This document shows, in pieces, positions 37,925 to 50,958 of a stretch of 64,000 nucleotides of DNA. The DNA comes from Squalus acanthias (taxonomy: Eukaryota). The stretch spans positions 15,438,001 to 15,502,000 of the forward strand of contig CM059449.1 of the NCBI GenBank assembly GCA_030390025.1, written 5' to 3'. The notes under the pieces are model-generated. The model had not been told where the DNA came from, did no database searches, and worked only from the letters and a program-made list of their open reading frames with translations. The position numbers were made by a program, and so were the translations under genes. Position 1 is the first letter of the stretch, and each line of letters starts with the position of its first letter.

Positions 37925-38086
37925 NNNNNNNNNNNNNNNNNNNNNNNNNNNNNNNNNNNNNNNNNNNNNNNNNNNNNNNNNNNNNNNNNNNNNNNNNNNN
38001 NNNNNNNNNNNNNNNNNNNNNNNNNNNNNNNNNNNNNNNNNNNNNNNNNNNNNNNNNNNNNNNNNNNNNNNNNNNNNNNNNNNNNN
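37925..38086. other. Assembly gap (N run) inside the Harbinger element
   Basis: N run. Confidence 1.
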
Positions 38087-38091
38087 CGACA

Positions 38092-39242
38092 CTACCTCGT
38101 GAAGGTGTTGGCTACCAGCTGCTCCCGAGCAGCCTTACTTTGAGCAGCAGTTGGCTCTTCCCCATCATGCCTTCCCACAGGCACATTGACATTGTCCACG
38201 TCCTCCATTTCTGCAGATAGTTCATCTGCAGCGTTAAGGGTCAGTCCTTCCTGCAGGGCAAAGTTATGCAAAGCACAACAGGCCACCACAATCTTTGCCA
38301 CTTTCTGAGGAGAATACTGCAAGGTCCCCCCTGACCTGTCCAGGCACCGGAAGCGTGATTTCAGAACTCCAATTGTCCTCTCCACCACTTGCCGTGTGGA
38401 CACGTGTGCCTGGTTGTATCTCTCCTGAGCCTCATTATTGGTCTTGCGGTAGGGAGTCATCAGCCATGGTCTTAGCGGGTAGCCCTTGTCGCTCAATATC
38501 CATGCGGATCCTGGAGGCAATGCGTTGAGGACGCCATATAAGTCAGAGTTACGGAGGACGAAGGAGTCATGATTACTTCCACGGTTACCTGCATTCACAT
38601 TTAAGATCCTGAGATGCGCATCACAGACAATCTGGACATTCGGTGAATGAAACCCCTTCCTGTTGATAAATGTCACAGGTGCAACCCCTGGTGCCTTCAA
38701 TGCTACATGGGTTCCATCGACAGCCCCAATCACTTGGGGAATCCAGCAATGTTATGAAATGCAAGCGCCATCTCCTTTTGATGGCGAGCAGACAAGTCAT
38801 ACTTAATGAACTCAGAAGTCCTACGGTAAATGGCTTCTGTGACCTGGTGAATGCAGGCCCTCGCAGCATTCTTGGATATGTTGCAAATGTCACCGGTGCT
38901 TGCCTGAAAAGTCCCACTTGCAAAGAAGTTCAGTGCTGTGGTTACCTTCATGCTCAGTGACAATGCATTGCGGTTCTTCGTGCGTGTTTGAAGGTCCTCC
39001 TGTAATATCTCACAGATTCGGCCAATTGACTCTTTACTGAAGCGCAGCCTCCTCACACACAGCTCCTCCGACAGCATCTCAAATGACAGCCTCTGCCTGT
39101 ACACTCTATTTGGTGGGTAGTAGTTTCTCCTTCTCTGGAGGAGACGGGCTTGGTTCCTCCGTCTGATTAGTTGTCTGTATTCGAAAATTCTCAGATACGC
39201 AATCACACAGAGGAGGAAGAACAATCGATTGCAAAAGGGCAT
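38092..39242 (-). pseudogene. Harbinger (HARBI1-like) DDE transposase with a 1-nt frameshift near 38733
   Basis: GFPK/VIGAVDGTH, NRKGFHS, GSNHDS, DKGYPL, YNQAH..TRQVVERTIGVLKSRFRCL, CCALHN. Confidence 0.92.
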
Positions 39243-40464
39243 CTTTCTCTCACACAGGCTTCCTCCTCAAACTGAAAGTTGTAATGAAAAAATGGAAATA
39301 GTTGTTAAAGTAACTTTAGTTAAGTGAGTGGCTATAAAATCAGGTCAGGCTATGGTGGGACACGTGCGCTATCAGCTTGGGAACACATCTACCCGCCACA
39401 CGGCCCTAGCTGATTTTCCAAAACTGTAACATTTTCATAAATTCATACATACATACATACATACTTACTTACTTACTCATGTTCATCTTTAAAACTTTTT
39501 GAAACGTAAACAGTTCATTTTTAAACTTTCATTTTCACAGATAGATACCTAAATATGCCTTGTACACACCCACAGTTGCTATACTACTCCAAATGGTCAA
39601 AACCCGTTTTAAAAATTTTTTTTTTAAAACTCTTAACTTATATAAGACTTCATTTAAAACTTTTGTGTCTTTCAGATTTAAAAAACTCACCTCAGTAGCC
39701 ACACTCCAAAAGGATTTCTTCCTCCTACTTATCTCGGCAAATGTATAAATGGCTGCTGCTCCTGGTTTTAAAATGTGTAACTGCTCGGAGCTTACACACA
39801 CTACTCTCATTCACAAAATACATGAATTTTCCGACGCACGCGCAGAATCACCAGCCCACGCGATTACTCGCATATCCATGAAACTGACCAGACATGAAGT
39901 GCCGGTTTTCAGCGCATGCGCAGTGCATGCCGAAAACCGGCAATTGCAGAGGGAATACGCGAGTGTACGCAGTGCGTACTCTCGCGCACCAGGATGAATT
40001 TTTGGGCCATTAATGTTTGTCATTTTTTAAACAGGTGCAAGATGAGTTTCAATCCCCCGGGTGCGTAAACACCCACTGAAATTAGTGAAGGATGAAACTG
40101 AACTGTGAGGCGTTATTCCTTTGTTTCAATGTACCGCTTGTGCAATGTTAAAGTAGTGCTTCTTTCTTATATATTCTTAAAATATGACGTTTCCGACTAC
40201 AATTGGAAAACGTGCTTAGTGAACAGAGTTCCTCTGTGCTTTGTTGAACCACCAGAGGGGTTCGTCATATAAGTCTGCGTCTGTTGTGGGATGTTTGTTA
40301 CACTTAACAACACATTGGGACGCTGCCGGTCAGAAGTTAGCTCGTAGTGTCCTGCGGAGCAAGAGTCAAAATGCAAACTATTCACATGTGGCTGTTCTTG
40401 AATTTACTGACAATACTTTTGTATATCGGGGAGCCGCAGTCTTCTGATGTTCACATTTTAATTT

Positions 40465-41015
40465 TTTTAAATTTGCTTCTGGGATCGGGGCGTCGCTGGC
40501 AAGGCCAGCATTTATTGCCCATCCCTAGTTGCCCTTGAGAAGATGTTTGTGAGCCACCTTCTTGAATCGCTGCAGTCCGTGTAGTGAAGGTACTCCCACA
40601 GTGTGCTGTTGGGTAGGGGGTTCCAGGATTTTGACCCAGCGACGATGAAGCATCGGCGATATACTTCCAAGCCAGGATGGTGTGTGACTTGGAGGGGAAC
40701 TTGGAGGTGGTGGTGTTCCCATGTGCCTGCTGCCCTTTTCCTTCTTGGTGGCAGAGGTTGCGGGTTTGGGAGGTGCTGCTGAAGAACACTTGGAGAGTTG
40801 TTGCAGTGCATCTTGTAGACGGTACACACTGCAGCCATGGTACGCTGGTGGTGGAGGGAATTAATGTTTAAGGTGGTGGATGGGGTGCCAATCAAGCGGG
40901 CTGCTTTGTCCTGGATTGTGTCGAGCTTCTTGAGTGTTGTTGAAGCTCCACTCATCCAGGCAAGTGGAAAGTATTCCATCACACTCCTTACTTGTGCCTT
41001 GTAGATGGTGGAAAT
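40465..41015 (-). mobile_element. LINE 3' fragment in gene B intron 1 (shared with gene D 61215-61755)
   Basis: ORFs 40512-40982 and 61257-61727 are near-identical in extent. Confidence 0.85.
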
Positions 41016-42249
41016 TCTACATTTATTAAGGAGTACGATTATTTGGTAGGGCAGGTTGTTTCCTTATGCAGAACTAATATATAACGAAGTTACAGTGTGT
41101 AAAAAAAATGTTTTATTTTATTATGCTGTGTTACTTTGCGTTGAACCCACCATTTCAACGGTATAAGCATTTTATCTTTCGGGGAGCTTTATATATATAT
41201 TATACACATTAACGTTCTCCTCCATGCAGGTGTTGTGAATTTGCATTATAAAATTAACATAATTAATAGAGCCTACAAAAATCTACTTGTGGAAATAAAT
41301 GAATTCACGGGCTCCTAACCGACTGTGTTACACATGGAATTATCTGACATATTATACCTTCTACTCGACAATTCAACGTCGATGCGTTCGACACAATTTA
41401 TTCCATTAGCAAAAAGTTGATCTTCAACACGTTTCCAAAAGTTCCCATACTTACACTTGGCATAATAGAAAGGACAGATTTCCTTCTTAAATGATTAAAG
41501 ATGACAGAAGTGAAATCTGTCCCAAGTAGGATGGTGAAATAGAAATGAGTTGGGAAGTGGTGATTATATAATGTTAATACAGTTTTACAAAGAAAACAAA
41601 CTGCGTGAAAACACAACAGATCCGCCTTTATAAAGTGACAATTGCCTTTAATGTTTGCACTATAAAGGTTCTGAATGTACACAGCTGTTCAATCTGATTA
41701 TGGACTGCAATTTCCCAAAGTTGCGTTGAGAAACTGGAAAAGGACCCAATGTAATGACAGCTGAATACCGGTTTGTAGCTCAATGATTGATGGATCAATC
41801 AGCATTTTAAATTCTTCATAATAGCTTGTAAATTGTGGGACACATGAGATCATTATGTTCAAAAAAAACCCGTAGCTGTTTGACAGATCAATGCTTCTTT
41901 CTCCAGAAACACACATGTTGTATCTTGAATCTATTTGTACTGCCCACTCCCACGGCCGTCTCCAGTAACTTGTTCCACAAATCTCTTACTCTATAGGCGA
42001 ACAGTTTCCGCCTGACTTCCCTTCTTGCAGCTAACTAGTTAACGTCTGAAGTGTGACCCTTGGAAATTAGATCCTTCCCCACAGTGACCGATCTATCTGG
42101 GCTCAATTCATAATAATTGTACAACGTTAATTGACAGGTTGCGGTATTTCATGGACGGATACATTGAGCCTAATTTATTCTAACAATAAAGGACACCCAG
42201 TAACATCAATTAGTGATAGTGGAAGATACTTTAATTTGAGCTTCGCCCC

Positions 42250-43025
42250 TCGTGGCAGATGAAATTTAACGCAGGAAAGTGCGAGGTGTTACATTGAGGG
42301 AGGAAGGACGAGGAGAGGCAAAATAAACTAAAAGGTACGATCCTAAAGTGGGTGCCTGAACAGAGAGACTTGGGGGTATATGTGCACAAATAGTTGAAGG
42401 TTGAGAAACTGGTTAACAAAGCATATGGGATCCTGGGGTTTATAAATAGAGGCATAGAATACAAAATCAAGTTAGTTATGATAAACTTTTATAAAACACT
42501 GGTTCGGCCTCAAATGGAGTATTGTGTCAAATTCTGGGCACCGCATTTTAGGAAGGATGTGAAGGCCTTAGAGAGGATGCAGAAAAGATTTACAAGAATT
42601 GTTCCAGGGATGAGGAACTTCAGTTATGTGAATAGACTGGAGAATCCGGGGTTATTATCCTTAGAGCAGAGAAGATTGACAGGAGTTTTGATAGAGGTGT
42701 TCAAAATCATGAGGGGTCTGGACAGAGTCATTGGCGGAAGGTTCCAGAACAGAGGACACAGATTTAAGGTGACTGGCAAAAGAACCAAAGGCGACGCAGT
42801 GAGTGGTTAGGACCTGGAATGCACTGCCTGAAAGAATGGCGGAGGCAGACTCAATCGTAGTTTTCAAAAGGGAATTGGATAAGTACCTTTGGGAAAAAAA
42901 ATGCAGGGTTAAGCGGAAAGGGCGGGGGAGTGGGACGAGCGGAAGTGCACTTGCAGAGAGCCGGCACTGTCTCGACGGGCCGGATGGCCTCCTTCTGTGC
43001 TCTAACGATTCTATGATTCTATGCT
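42250..43025 (+). mobile_element. CR1 fragment in gene B intron 1 (equivalent copy 62975-63785 in gene D)
   Basis: Same position and boundaries in both duplicates. Confidence 0.85.
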
Positions 43026-43082
43026 GGTCTGTAATTCTGTAGGTCACTATTGACAGATTGCATTGTTCCATTTATACTCTAG

Positions 43083-43420
43083 ACAATGGGTTGATGAGTG
43101 AGATCAGAGTGTTCCAGTCCCCAGATGCCATTAATGTAACAGAAGGAGGATCGGTGCAGCTGAACTGCACTTTTGACGCGAATGGTTCTGTTGGACATGT
43201 TGCTTGGAGGCGGGCCTCACAAAACATGGAAGTGTCGGTTCGGAATCCTTTCTATCAGAGCCGGATAACGAAGTCAGGGACGAAATTATTTGCCAAAAAA
43301 TGGTTTTCCTTGAAATCATCAATTTAATGACAATGGACTCGGATTTTTACTACTGCGAGGTGGAAATTGCGGCGGATGGGAAAGCAAGCGGGAGAGGAAC
43401 ACAACTTATAATAACTGACA
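43083..43420 (+). pseudogene. Gene B V-set Ig exon (frameshifted)
   Basis: VFQSPDAINVTEGGSVQLNC..VAW..FAKK / MVFLEIINLMTMDSDFYYCEVEI..GRGTQLII split over two frames; ctag acceptor, gtgagt donor. Confidence 0.9.
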
Positions 43421-45515
43421 GTGAGTAGAAAAGATCAGAGTTCGTTTTAAGAATTTACCAATATTTTGACATTGGAATGGCTGTACATGTGCTACGCTAA
43501 GAGATTTCAGTTCGGTTGCCGGATTGTGTCCGTGTGTCAGTATCACTTTCAAAGTACATCGGGAACAATTGTTCGATAATTAATATCCTGAAAGTGCCAT
43601 ATATGTGACATGAATCTGGCTATTCAAGGCGCGGTGCTTTAGGAATAGGATTACACGAGCTTCAAGCTACTCCCCCACCACCCCACAACCACCTGAAGGT
43701 GAGTGTTATCTCAAAATAATACTTGGCATTATCGCTTGATTTTCTTGCTTGGCACCTTACAAATCTCTGTTAGGGCAGCTCTGTTCCTCCTTTTTTACAA
43801 AGCTAATGAGGTCGACCTTTTCTGTTTTTTTGTTTCTCTCGTAACCTAGCACTAGAACACGAGGGAACAGGCTAGCGTTCACTCCACCTCTGGGACTTGC
43901 ATGTATCCCTTGAGCCTGAGTGACCAGAAATAAACACAATACTCAAGATGCCATCTGATCAGAGTACTGTACGGTTGGATCCCCACACCATATAAAAGGA
44001 AACATGCCTTCTATATGTTTTATTCCTTTCTGGGATGTGGACGTCGCCCAGCATTTACTGCCCATCCCTAATTGCCCTTGAGAAGGTGGTGGTCAGCCGC
44101 CTTCTTTAATCGCTGCAGTCCGTGCGGTGAAGGTACTCCCACAATGCTGTCAGGGAGGGAGTTCCAGCATTTTGACCTAGCGACGATGAACGTACGGCCG
44201 ATATATTTCCAAGTCAGGATGGTGTGTGACTTGGAGGGCGACTTGGAGGTGGTGGTGTTCCCATGCGCCTGCTGCCATTTTCCTTCTAGGTGGTAGAGGT
44301 CGCTGGTTTAGGAGGTGCTGCCGAAGAAGCCTTGGCAAGTTTAATGAAATAGGCTTTAGTTAGAATTTACTGTTTTCGATATAAGCCTTTATTTTAAACA
44401 GGTTAGCGTCTTGGTTAAAATGAAGGGCATGTGGAATGCTAGTATTGCAACAAATAATTATAGTTTTTTTCACTTTCCACGGGGATGCAGTACCTTAGAT
44501 TACATATACAAATAGGAAACGGCTTTTCTTTAACGGATAGAAAGCCACTGGAATGATATTTGAGTTTTCATAACCTATAACCTATATCCAAATTTAATTA
44601 TTAAATTGCGAACTCGTGACCTTCGTTATGTCTATTTCTGATTTACATTGATGGGGGGTGAAATCGGACATGGGTGGATCGCGGATCACATTGGATCGCC
44701 TGTTATACACTCCGCCCAGTATTAGGTCCAATTGCCTTAATATAAAACTGAATATTGGGCGCACCAAACCGAAATACTGCGGATGCTGGAAATCTGAAAT
44801 AAGAAACAGAAAATGCTGGAAATACTCAGCAGGTCGGGCAGTATCTGTGGAGAGAGAAACAGAGTTAACTTTTCAGGTTTCTGACAGAAGGGCATCGACC
44901 CGAAACGTAAACTCTGTTTCTCTCTCTCCCTGCAGATGCTGCCTGACCTGCTGAGTGTTTCCAGCATTTTCTGCTTTTTATATTGAATATTGGGCATGTT
45001 GTACAACAGTCGGCCAATATGATTCTGTCTGCCTTGCGTGCCTGTCAATGTCAAATTTCACCCCTATAACAACACAAAAGCAAAATAATGCGGAAGCTGG
45101 AAATCTGAATTAAAAACAGAAAATGCTGGAAATACTCAGCAGGTCAGGCAGCATCTGTGGAGAGAGAAACAGAGTTAACGTTTCAGGTCGATGAACCTTC
45201 GTCAGAACTGGAAAAAGTTGGAGATGGAACAGGTTTTTAAGCAAGTGTAGGGGCCTGGAAAGGGGGGAAGGGAGGAAAGAACAAAGGGAAGGTCTGTGAC
45301 AGGACGGAAGGCAGGAGAGATTAAGAGACAAAAGGGATGATGGTGCAAGGCAAAGGGTGATGGTAATGGGACAAGTTAAGAAACAAAAGATGACTCTGGA
45401 TGAAGTGTAAATGGCAATGGCAGAATGATCGATCACCCCACCATTTTCTTGCATTATCTTTCACTTTAACCAAGCACCACCATACTGACTATATTATTGT
45501 TTCTGTTTCTAACAG

Positions 45516-45637
45516 GAGCTGGAGTCGAGCCTATCTGCCATTTCCCCACACTTAGCGTCGGATTACAAATTACAAAAACGGTGCTGCTGATCATTCTCAT
45601 AATCACAGGCCTGACGACGTACCTCTGTCCCACGTAG
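45516..45637 (+). CDS. Gene B stalk/TM/terminal exon with TM lysine
   Basis: Polypyrimidine tract plus aacag acceptor, phase 1, hydrophobic segment containing K, stop TAG 45635-45637. Confidence 0.78.
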
Positions 45638-47021
45638 GGAAAAATAGACTTTGATTTATAACAAGATACATCTGCAAACGCTGTTGGAAAAGATGTCCAA
45701 AGTCGATGTAAATTTTATCAGGAAGTTCTTTAAGATGCCCGTGTTCGAAATCTTTTTGTTACAGCATTGCATGGATGTGGATTAAAGCATGGGCGAGGAT
45801 AGATATAGTTCTTATTCCACAATATTGCAATTAAAGTTACTGCACCGTCAACATAATAACTAGCAGCTGCCATTCTGTTTGAGAGACGTGTTTATTTTTA
45901 TAAAAATGACAAATCCATAGATTTTTCTAACTGTCATGGTCGGGATAAAATGTCCAGTTTGTGCAGGATCTTTCTCGATACTTGCTTGCAATGCCTTTAA
46001 CTGAATGCTGCACACGATCTATTCAAAATGCATGGATGCTTACGATGTGCTTTTTTATTGGCCCCTTTATGCGAGACTTTCTAATATAATGTGACGTATC
46101 TGCACCCTGTATGAAAGGGCTCTTGGAATTTTTTCCCCGATTAAAGCGAACGCTTTCTTTCTCGTGTTTAATCCAAATTGGTCTTTACTTGCTGGGATCA
46201 GTAGAAGACCCATCCTCAGCTTGTCAGCAACAACTTTTATGCACCCCAGTGCGTCCTGTAGGGGATTATAGGACTAGGCGTTATAGTTTAAAAATTAGAG
46301 CCAGACCTTTCGGGAGTGAAATTAGGAAACACTTCTACACACAAAGGGTGGTACAAGGTTGGAACTCTCTTCCACAAACGGCAATTGATGCCAGATCAAT
46401 TGTTAATTTTAAATCCGAGATTGATAGATTTCTGTTAACTAAAGGTACTGAGGGATATTGGGTCAAAGGTTGGGAAAAGCGAGAGTGGCCGGAGAGAGAG
46501 AGCGGGAAAAAGTGAGGCTGTGATTGGAGAATCAGCGAGTACCAGGGGAGGTTGTGTGTGAAACACAACAGCACGTGACAAGAAGGGGCGGAGCCTGGAA
46601 AAGGCCGCAGTGCCCCCGGAAAGACCGGCTTTAGAAAGTTAGAGTGCTGCAAATTCATCAGCCGAGGTTTGGGGAAGGATTTGGGGTGGGGGGCACTCGG
46701 GAAAATCCCCCATTAGCCAGTCGACCTCTGAGGGGAAGCTTGCGGGCCGGATGAAACTGGTGGACAGGGGAATGTGGGACTATAAATATACAGGAATACC
46801 ACCAACAGCAATTTCCAGGCCGAAAGTGACCGTAATGCACCTGATGGCACTGCTTCTGATGTGATGTGCAGCTACATCTGGAGTCAGGTTGAGCAGCTAA
46901 TAGTATCCCATTCATTAAGTTATTCACATATACAGATAGGCACAACCACGATGGGCCGAACGCCCTCCCTCTGTGGTATATCATTGAATAAGCGGAACTA
47001 ATGGAATGATGGACGTGTTGA

Positions 47022-47450
47022 TATAGAAACATAGAATCTAGGAGCAGGAGTAGGCCATTCGGCCCGTCGAGCCTGCTCCGCCATTCAATACGATCATGGC
47101 TGATCATCCAAATCCAGTACCCTGTCCCTGCTTTAATCCCCACAGTACACATATCCCACCCTACCCCCGTAACCCCACGTATTTAATTCCCCCTAACATA
47201 TCCCATCCTATCCCCATAACCCCACATATTTAATCCCCCCTAACACTAAGGGTCAATTTATCATAGCCAAATCAACCTAACCCACACATTTTTGGACTGT
47301 GGGAGGAAACCGGAGCACCCGGAGGAAACCCACGCAGACACGGGGAGAATGTGCAAACTCCACACAGACAGTCACCCGAGGTCAGATTCGAACCCGGGTC
47401 TCTGGCACTGTGAGAGCACCAGTGCTAACCACTATGCCACCGTGTTGCCG
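47022..47450 (-). mobile_element. HE1-like V-SINE with CR1-type tail
   Basis: tRNA-like head (ggcaacacggtggcatagtggttagcac..gggttcgaatc), V-domain (gtggagtttgcacattctccccgtgtctgcgtgggtttcctccgg), CR1-like 3' end. Confidence 0.8.
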
Positions 47451-47629
47451 AGGTGTCCAACTCAGTTCCTGGCAGGCGTTGTGCAGGACAGGGGCAATGA
47501 GAGCATGTGCAGCCTTTGGAATAAAAAGTTGAAATCCGCTCTCATTTCCTTGGCCCAGGGCTGAAACCAGTCACAGATGAAAAACGGCTCTTTCTACTGG
47601 CTTTGAGGGTCCCCTGAAAAATGCTGAAC

Positions 47630-48265
47630 ATAATAAGAAATAGGAGCCGGAGTAGGACATTTGGTCCTTCGAACCTGATCCGCCATTCAATAAGATTATG
47701 GCTGATCTTCCACCTCATCTCCACTTTCCTGCACTATCCGCATATCCCTTGATTCCCTTAATATTCAAAAATCTATCGAACTCTGTCTTGAATATACTCA
47801 ACGATTGAGCCTCCACGGCCCTCTGGGGTAGAGAATTCCAAAGATTCACCACACTCTCTGTGAAGAAATTTCTCCTCATCTCAGTCCTAAATGGCCGACC
47901 CCTTATTCTGAGACTCTTACCCCTGGTTTTAGACTCCCCCGCCAGGGGAAACACCCTCCCTGCATCTAACTGGTCAATTCCTGTAAGAATTTTGTATGTT
48001 TCAATGAGTTCACCTCTCATTTTTCTCAACTCGAGAGAATATCGGTTCAGCCTACTAAATCTGTCCTCATAGGACAATCCCCCCATCCCCGGAACCAGTC
48101 TGGTGAACCTTCGTTGCACTCCCTCTATGGCAAGTATATCCTTCCTTAGGTAAGGAGACCAAAACTGTACACAATACTCCAGGTGTGGTCTCACCAGGGC
48201 CCTATATAATTGCAGTAAGACATCTTTACCCTTATACTCAAATCCTCTTGTAATAAAGGCCTACA
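47630..48265 (-). mobile_element. CR1 LINE 3' fragment
   Basis: ORF 47715-48194. Confidence 0.88.
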
Positions 48266-50958
48266 GTCTATTCCCAGTTACTAACGGATGTGGTTCCACA
48301 GCACAAATCTTCAGCATTTATTGTCACATAAGTGGAAATCTCAACCAATCGGTAAAACCCTTACTTCTGGGGTAGAAGTTTGCGGTTCAAGGGCCACTCC
48401 AGGAGTTGCGCACGTCAACTACGCGAATGTCCACTGCAACACTGATGGAGTCTGGGAGTTAAGCCTGGGAGGAGCAAAAGGGAACGTTTGGCTGGGAAAT
48501 TGGCACTGCAGTAACGCTGGATTCTCCTTTTATCAAAATCCATGACGTGCCCCGGCAATGCTGAACGCCTAGACAGTGAAGAGAAAAAATCTACCCGCAT
48601 CCGTCGGAAATTAGTTTGGTGTGCCAAGCTTTGAGACGTCATGCCAACTAATCATTTCTCGGGGAGGTGGTTCGGCCGAGCTCCTGCCGTGACATCTCTG
48701 GAAGTTCGGCAGAACCCCGCTTTAGCTATTACGCGCTTCTCTGAGTTCCGCCGATCTTCCGCCGACGTTACCGCAGGAGAGCGGGAGAACCCCGCAGAAG
48801 TTATTCACCCCCCTTGAGTTTAACATAAAACATTCATTTTAATAAAAGGTACAACGGAAAATCAACAGAACAACCTGACATGGGTCAACTGAGAAGAACT
48901 TTTATTACGAAAATATGAAATACTTTACAGGATTATGATGAAATGTAAGGAGTTATGTGATGAAACTAGGCTGAGTGAACAGTAACGAGTATGAATGCTC
49001 AACATGTTGGTTTTCATTTTAACAGCGGCATGAACCAGTTTATTTTCTAGGATAGCACGCCCCTAAACATAGGGGACTAATACATGTCATACAAATGTGA
49101 TAAATGTTCACAACTAACACTAAAGAGTCTAATGTTAAAGCATTGGAGATTCCAAGCCCTTGTTACTGAATTATGTGTGGATAAACCTCACTCACTAAGT
49201 TAGAGGTCAAAACATTCGCCTGGAAATTCCCATGGAGGCTTCTCCGATCATCCGCCATTGAAGATCCCACAGAACCCCCGAGCTTCCGCCCAAGTTACGG
49301 CGGGAGATCGGGACAACTCTGCGGAAATTCCAGAACTTGTCCATCGGGGCAGGGGCGTCTCATCATTGGGGTGAAATGTATCGGCTCCTCTTACTTCACC
49401 GAAGCGTACAGCACCGCTTCTCGCTTCACAGGGCGCTCAGTTTGATTGCTGTCCTGAAGATTCAGCGTGGCATATTGCAACTTGTCATCCCCCTCTCTCT
49501 ATTGAGATGAAAGGGTTTCAGTGTTGAATAAAATATTGTAAACTGATTATATCGTAGGGCCTCTAACCCAGCGCACCAGATGTTGTGCAGTTTCAATGGC
49601 ATATAATTCCACCCAGTAAACATTCTACATATAATTAGAATATGACTCCACCTATCAAATATTGTTTCGTTAAATAGGATTGATCGCGTCGTTCCAAATA
49701 TTCCTGACCATTTGAATATATTTCAGCGAGTCAACGATTGCACGATTTAAGTAACAAGCAAGGGAAACATTCGATGTAATTAACACTTCATTATAATGCT
49801 AAATCCATGCATTTAGAACAATTCACACTTAGTGAATTCAGGAGCAGTGGTTCAGTCAGCATTTGGGAAAGACAGAGTAACATTTGGGAATAACTGTTCA
49901 GGAGCACTTTCCGTTCGAAGGCAAAGAGCCAGATCACCGGTTACCCTGTGTTGTCTCCTCCAGGTGCTGACTGACCTACTTTACATATCCAGCACTTTCT
50001 GTTACGGCTTCAGATTTCCTCCTTATCTCGACTTATCAAAGTAGGTGTATTTTTGCCTGTGTGCGTGTGTATGCCTGGGTGCCCCTATTTGGGGTCCATT
50101 TTAATGTTCCTGGGTGTATCTCCCTGCTTTTTTTATTCGTTCATGGGATGTTGGCGTCGCTAGCAAGGCCGGCATTTATTGCCCATCCCCAGTTGCCCTT
50201 GAGAAGGTGGTGGTGAGCCGCCTTCTTGAACCGCAGCAGTCAAGGTACTCCCACATTGTTTTTCGTAGCGGCTTTTTACAACTGAGTGTCCATTTTAGAG
50301 GACAGTTAAATGTCAACCACATTGCTCTGGGTCTGGAGTCACATATAGGCTAGACCAGGTAAGGACGGCAGATTTCCTTCCCTAAGGGATATTAGTGAAC
50401 TGGATGGGTTTTTACAACAATCCGATAGTTTCATGTCACAATTATTGATACTAACTTTTTATTCCAGATTTATTCAATTCAATTTAAATTCCCCAATTGC
50501 TGTGGTGGGGTTTTGAACTCATGTCGACACGGATCATTAGCGCAGTTCTTCGATGGATTACTAGTCCAGCAACATAACCACTTTGCTACCGTTCCCTATA
50601 TATGTTTGTACATGCACCTGCTTATTTGTGTGTGGCTATATGTATTTGCGAGTGTCTGTGTGAGTGTGTCTTTCTGTGTGTGCATTTGATTGAATTCTGG
50701 GACTGTTGTGTTTCATTTCATGCCTTTCCTGGTTGGCTTTCTGTTGAATTATAACTAATACTTTAGTCCCCGTCTCTATTGAATTTCGATTTTCAACTTG
50801 CCGCGCCTGTGCGTAAAACTGGCATTTGGGATGGGCCGCACCTGTGCTTTACGCCTGTGTGGCAAGTTGCGAATCTACCCCACATCTTCAAGAAGAAAAG
50901 TTGAGGCCGTCCAACCTAGTTTCATCTTTAGATTTTTACAACCAACTGAGAGAACATT

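Larger units (their letters stand above)
35413..40008. mobile_element. PIF/Harbinger DNA transposon, near full length
   Basis: Imperfect TIRs (GGGCCAGAAATTGATC / GATGAATTTTTGGGCC) enclosing convergent Myb/SANT-like and DDE transposase genes. Confidence 0.85.
40307..43237 (+). repeat. Segmental duplication, paralogous to 61051-64000
   Basis: Colinear unique sequence, exons and shared TE insertions. Confidence 0.95.
40371..45637 (+). pseudogene. NCR3: Gene B: activating-type NKp30/NCR3-like receptor, probable pseudogene
   Basis: Leader 40371-40428 (MQTIHMWLFLNLLTILLYI) with donor GG instead of GT; V exon 43083-43420 is 338 nt (1-nt loss in the A-run 43295-43300); TM exon 45516-45637 RAGVEPICHFPTLSVGLQITKTVLLIILIITGLTTYLCPT* with Lys in the TM. 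Confidence 0.8.

Noticed and set aside
38092-39242. Domesticated host gene HARBI1
   Set aside because: It is frameshifted, paired with a Myb-like gene and flanked by TIRs, so it is a transposon copy.
47370-47450. tRNA gene
   Set aside because: It is the tRNA-derived head of a SINE, continuous with SINE body and tail.
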